Positions 57,801 through 64,000 of a stretch of 64,000 nt of DNA are shown here, piece after piece. Position 1 is the first letter of the stretch. Each line of letters starts with the position of its first letter. The position numbers and the translations under genes are program-made. Source of the stretch: the human T2T-CHM13v2.0 reference genome, Homo sapiens; the NCBI RefSeq assembly GCF_009914755.1, contig NC_060947.1; one strand, written 5' to 3'. Under the pieces are notes generated by a model. That model saw only the letters and a list, made by a program, of their open reading frames with translations. It ran no database searches and was not told the DNA's origin.

Positions 57801-58145
57801 AAATAAGGACAGTTTTATTTCTCCCTTCCCAATCTATATATCTTTTATTTGTTTTTCTTGCCTTATTGCAGTGGCCAGAATTTCAACTACTATGTTGAAT
57901 GACTGATAAGAGCAGAATTCTTGCCTTGTTGTCAATCATAGGAAAAGGAATTCAGTCTTTCATCATCAATTATATTAGCTGTAGGATTTTGGAGATGCAC
58001 TTTGTCAAGTTCTAACTATTCCTATCCTTAACTTGTTGAAACTTTTTAAAATTTTATTTAATCACGACTGGGTGTTGAATTACATCAAACATCTTTATTA
58101 ATTAATATCATCATATTTTTCTTATTTTTGGTGTGTTGATATTAG

Positions 58146-58450
<305 letters not shown>

Positions 58451-59455
58451 TCTGATTCATTTTCAAAATCTGAATGAGCATTGCATACCAGGAATGAATC
58501 TCACTTTGTCACATTGTTGAACGTGGTTTGCTCATATTTAAATGTACACTTTTGTGTCTACATTTATGAGAGATATGGCTATGTGTTTTTTTTCCTTTGT
58601 TTTGTACTTGTCTGGTTTTGGTAGTAGAATAATACTAGCCTCACAAAATCAGTTGAAAGGTCTTCCTCTCTCTTTTATTTTCTTCAGGAGAAAGTGGAAA
58701 ATTGGTGTTAGTTCTTTTTCAATGTTTGGTAACCATTGTGCAGTGAAACTATCTGTGCCAGACTATTTTTTCTTCAGGTCTTTTAAATTATGAATTCAAC
58801 CTTTTAAATAGTTATAAGGCTATTGAGAATACCCATTTAATCTAGGTAGAGTTTTGATAGTTTTTGATTTTCAAGGAATTGGTTCATTTATTATAAGCTA
58901 TCTAATTTATGAGTATTACATTGTTCATTGCATTCTCGTATTATACTTTTTATGACTACATAATCTCTAGTGATATTTTCTGTTTCATTCTCAAGATTGA
59001 TGATTTGATCCTCTCTCATGTTTATCCATCTTGTTCAGGGTTTATTGAATTTTTTTCCAAAAAAACCCACAACTATTTGTATTATTGATTTCCTCCATTA
59101 TTTTCCTAACTTTTAATTTTATTGGTGTCTGCTCTTCATTATTTTCTTTCGTATACTTGCTTTCCTTTTTTTGTCTTAGTTTCTTGAGTTAGGAACTTAA
59201 AATATCATTTTGAGACTGTATCTTATTTCCAATATAAGCATTTAGTATTATACATTTCCCTCTCAGCACTACTTTAGGTGCATCACATACATTTGGTATG
59301 TCATATTTTCATTTTTAATTAATTCAATGTATTTTTACTTCTTCTGAGACTTCCTCTGTTACCTAATGATTGTGCAGAAGTGTGTTCTTTAATTTCCATG
59401 GGTTTAGGTATTTTTCAGTCATCTTTCTGTTATTGAGTTCTAGTTTGATTTAATA

Positions 59456-61040
59456 CTGTTTGAATGATAATTCTGAAAGACAATCCAGAACTCTACAATC
59501 CCAAATGTTGATAATCCTCAAAGATCAGAATTTCTATCTAAAATCCTAAAAAATCACAATTCTGAAAGACTAAATTTCTAAATATTGAAATTCTGAAAGG
59601 TGAATTCTGGAGAAGAGATTAGTACATTTTTGGTTGTATACAGGATAGTTACAAGATGTTAATTGCATCATATTGGGCACTATTACCTTGTTATTGTCCT
59701 TATCTGCATTTGCTGGAAAATTCAGATGAGTGAATCGGTCATGTAATATAGCAGTGACTAGAAAATCAGTTAAAAAATACATTGTTTGCCTGCATTGGTA
59801 TTCCTTCCAGCTGATGATGTTCCAGGAGCTTTTAACAAATTAAAGCCTAATTTGTCTGAAGAAGCCAGTGAAGTTACTGGCTGGTTGAAAAAACAATTAT
59901 GTGCATGATAAGATAAGGAGACATGCAAGTGTTTCTGTCTGATTACCATTATAATTTCCACCAAATTTGTGGTGGGTATATCAGTGCATGCATAATGGAT
60001 TTCCATGTTCCCCAAACAACATAGAAGCATGGCACAGAAGATAGGAAAAATTAATAGGGAATGCTCATGTTGGTGTGTATCAAATTAGAAGAATTTCAAA
60101 AACAGCAGTGCATTCACAAAAAATATATGTGAATGTATTCTTCAAGGAGAGTCATGTTTCAAAAAAAAGCACCTCTTCATTATGGTGCAAGACTTCAAAA
60201 TATAGTCAATGCTTGTGAAAGTTGATCAGCACTTACAAATTATCTCTGCACAATTGCCCATCATCTATTTTTGTAATACACTTTTTCATGTCAAATTTCC
60301 TTCTTGTTTTTTTTTTTAGGTTTTCTCTTTTCTTTTGTTTAGTTTTTTCCCCACTATTTTATATTGTCAGCATTATTTTTTATAATTTATTACACTGTGT
60401 TTTTTATCTTTACATCGTTTCTTATACTGGAGGTATAAATTGTGTGCAGACCTTTAGAGAGTTGTAATTCTTTTTATGCATTTTTTTTTGCAAATTTGAC
60501 TTCTTTAAAGTGCCTTATCACAACATTGACTTTGTGTGTAAGCATTGTGCGTGCACATGCAAGTGTTAACACTTTCTCAATAAATGAAGAGCTGTCTTTG
60601 TTGTACATCTACATTTGTGAAAGACAAAATTTCTGGATATGCCAAGTCTTTGGGTGACTGCATATGCAGTGCTAAACCACCATGGTTTTCAATCAATCTC
60701 AGCAAAATAGTTAGGTTACTCATCACAGTATTTTAGGTAACTTCAATTATAAAGCTGGGTGTACACCATTACTAACCATGGTGATATATATTTTATGCAT
60801 TTTCCTTTTTGGCTTGTTTCTTTATTAATTTGGTTCATCTGCTCATAACTGTATGCTCGTGTGACTTCTGTTAGTATACCTGAGTGTTTATGCTTGCAAA
60901 AATATGTATGTTATTATTGCCTATTTTTTTGTGTAACATGGCCTATAAAGTTTAGATTTTTGGGATTTTGATGTTTTCAGATTTTAACATTTGAGATTAT
61001 GGCATTCAGAATGGTGTCTTTCAGGATTATGGTTGGCTTC
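59456..61040 (+). mobile_element. Ricksha-like MULE/MuDR DNA transposon with both terminal repeats
   Basis: Left end rich in AATCC(C)/AATTCTGAAAG units, right end in the complementary GGGATT/CAGGATTAT units; internal degenerate coding stretch (LPALVFLPADDVPGAFNKLKPNLSEEASEVTGW) resembling a MULE transposase. Confidence 0.78.
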
Positions 61041-62911
61041 TGATTACATAATGGTCAGATACATTTTGTATGATATCAATTCTTTTAAGTTTTCGAGAAT
61101 TTTTTATGGTGCAAGATGTGGTCTACCTCAGTGAATGTTCCATAGGAGCTTGATAAAAGGTATATTCTGCTGTTGCTGAGTGGATTGATCTAAGTAGCTT
61201 AGTAATATACTGTTGGTTGACTGTGTTGTTCAGATCTATGTCCTTGACAGTTTTTAGTCTAGCAGTTCTACCAGTTGCTGAGAGAAGTCTTTAAGTTCTC
61301 AACTACAATTGTAGATTTTTCTATTTTTTCTTTCAGCTCCATCAGATGTTACACACATTTATGATTATTATGTCTGCCTGATGACCAATCCTTTTTATCT
61401 GTTTTATCATTATATAATGTCCCTTTTCATTTCTAGTAATTTTCTTTTCTCTGAAGAAAAAATATTACCAGATATTGTCAGATATTAATTCAGCCATTTG
61501 TTTATTTTTAATGATTCATGTCTCTTTGGCATATTTTCTTTCATCTTTTTACACTCAACCCACCTATGTCTTTGTTTTCAAGTGTATTTCCCATAAATAG
61601 CATATAGTTAGTTTATGCTCTTGACACTCTGTCAGTATTTGTCTTTTGATTGCTGTATTTAGAACATTTGTATTTAAGGTAATTATTTATATATTTAAGA
61701 ATAAGTCTGTCTTTTTATTATTTCCACCTTTGTTTTCTCTATTTCTCATTTCTTTCTCTTTTCTTGATTTCCTGAGGGTTATTTGAATAATTTTATAATT
61801 CTATAATAGTGTGATTTTAGTGTAATGATTTTTATTTTTTGTAATGGTTGCTGTATGCATTACTATATATCTTATCAGTCTACTGATATTAACCAGTATT
61901 AACAGTTTACCACTTCAAGTGAAATGTAGAAGTCTTCCGTAGAGCTTTACCATTTCTCTTTACCTTTCCCACTATTATCATTATCAGATAGTAGTACAAT
62001 TTTTCTTACAATCATCAGTTATGAGTTAAAAACTCATAAGGTGAAGGATAATCTTTTGTTGGTCCCATGTGCTCTTTCTGTGTTGTTTCTTCTTTCCTGA
62101 TGCTTAGGATTCCTTTTTAAAAATTATTTCCATTGTGTTTAAAGAACTTCCTTTAGCTAATATTTAAAGGTAGGTCTTATAGTGCCAAATTATTTTTGTT
62201 TTCCTTTGTCTGAATATATCTTTATTTTTCTTTTGTTCCTGAAGTATAGCTTTGTCAATGGTAGAATTCACAGTAGATAGTTTTTTTTTTTCTTTCACCA
62301 CTTGAAAAATATGTCTTTTGTCTCTTGCCTTCATGACTTCAGATGAGAAATCTGCTACTTTTTAAATTGCCCATTCCTGGTAGGTAATTCTTGGTTTCTC
62401 TCTGGCTGCTTTCAAGATTTTGGTTTTCTTTATCTTCAGCTTTCAGAAGTTTAATTATGATGTATCTTGTCAGAGATTTCTTTGGGTTGTTTCCTGCTTG
62501 GGCTCCTCATCATCTTGCATCTGTAAGTTTCTTTCTTTAGTCAAATTTGGGAGGTTTTCAGCCACTATTTTTGTAATACTCTTTTAGACTCATTATCTTT
62601 TTCTTCTCTTTCTAGGACTCCAATGATAAAAATGTTGTACCTTTCATTATTGTTTCAAAGATATCTTTTGTTCTTTTCATTCTTTTTCAGTCTATTTTCT
62701 CTCTGTTTTTAAGATTAGGTTCTTTCAATTTATATTTTCTCAAGTTCACTTCAATGCTTTGCCAAGTCCACCTCATCATTAAGCCAATTCAGCAAGCTTT
62801 TACTTCTTTTATTGTTTTTGTTTAGCTCTTTAATTTCATTTTGTTCTGGAACATAAGTCTTTCATTTTATGTTTTCCTATATCTGTATTGAGATGTTCTA
62901 TATTGCCATTG

Positions 62912-64000
<1,089 letters not shown>

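Overview
Primate (human-like) non-coding DNA that is almost entirely interspersed repeats: several generations of nested LINE-1 (L1PA, L1PB, L1MA, L1MD/ME), Alu (J, S, Y), L2, MIR, MaLR LTR elements (MLT1A provirus, MSTB, THE1), a MER11 solo LTR and DNA transposon relics (MER20, Tigger1, Ricksha/MULE). I find no host protein-coding gene, RNA gene or intact ORF; ORFs in the track are decayed repeat fragments or appear to be chance. I see no new biological system. The interesting signal is a set of retrotransposition fossils. (1) An L1PA8-like insertion at 42621-50523 whose 15-bp TSDs enclose an MLT1 LTR-derived 5' leader and an apparently spliced 5'UTR, i.e. a retrotransposed LTR-initiated, spliced L1 chimeric RNA. 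(2) A 1.7-kb polyadenylated, TSD-flanked transduction/retrocopy of ancient-repeat DNA inside an L1PB 5'UTR (21024-22719). (3) A recent ~168-bp direct duplication bracketing an inverted L1 piece (34799-35641). There are also two shorter candidate 3' transductions and a twin-priming inversion. Repeat subfamily names come from recalled consensus features, not an alignment run; boundaries of old repeats are approximate.
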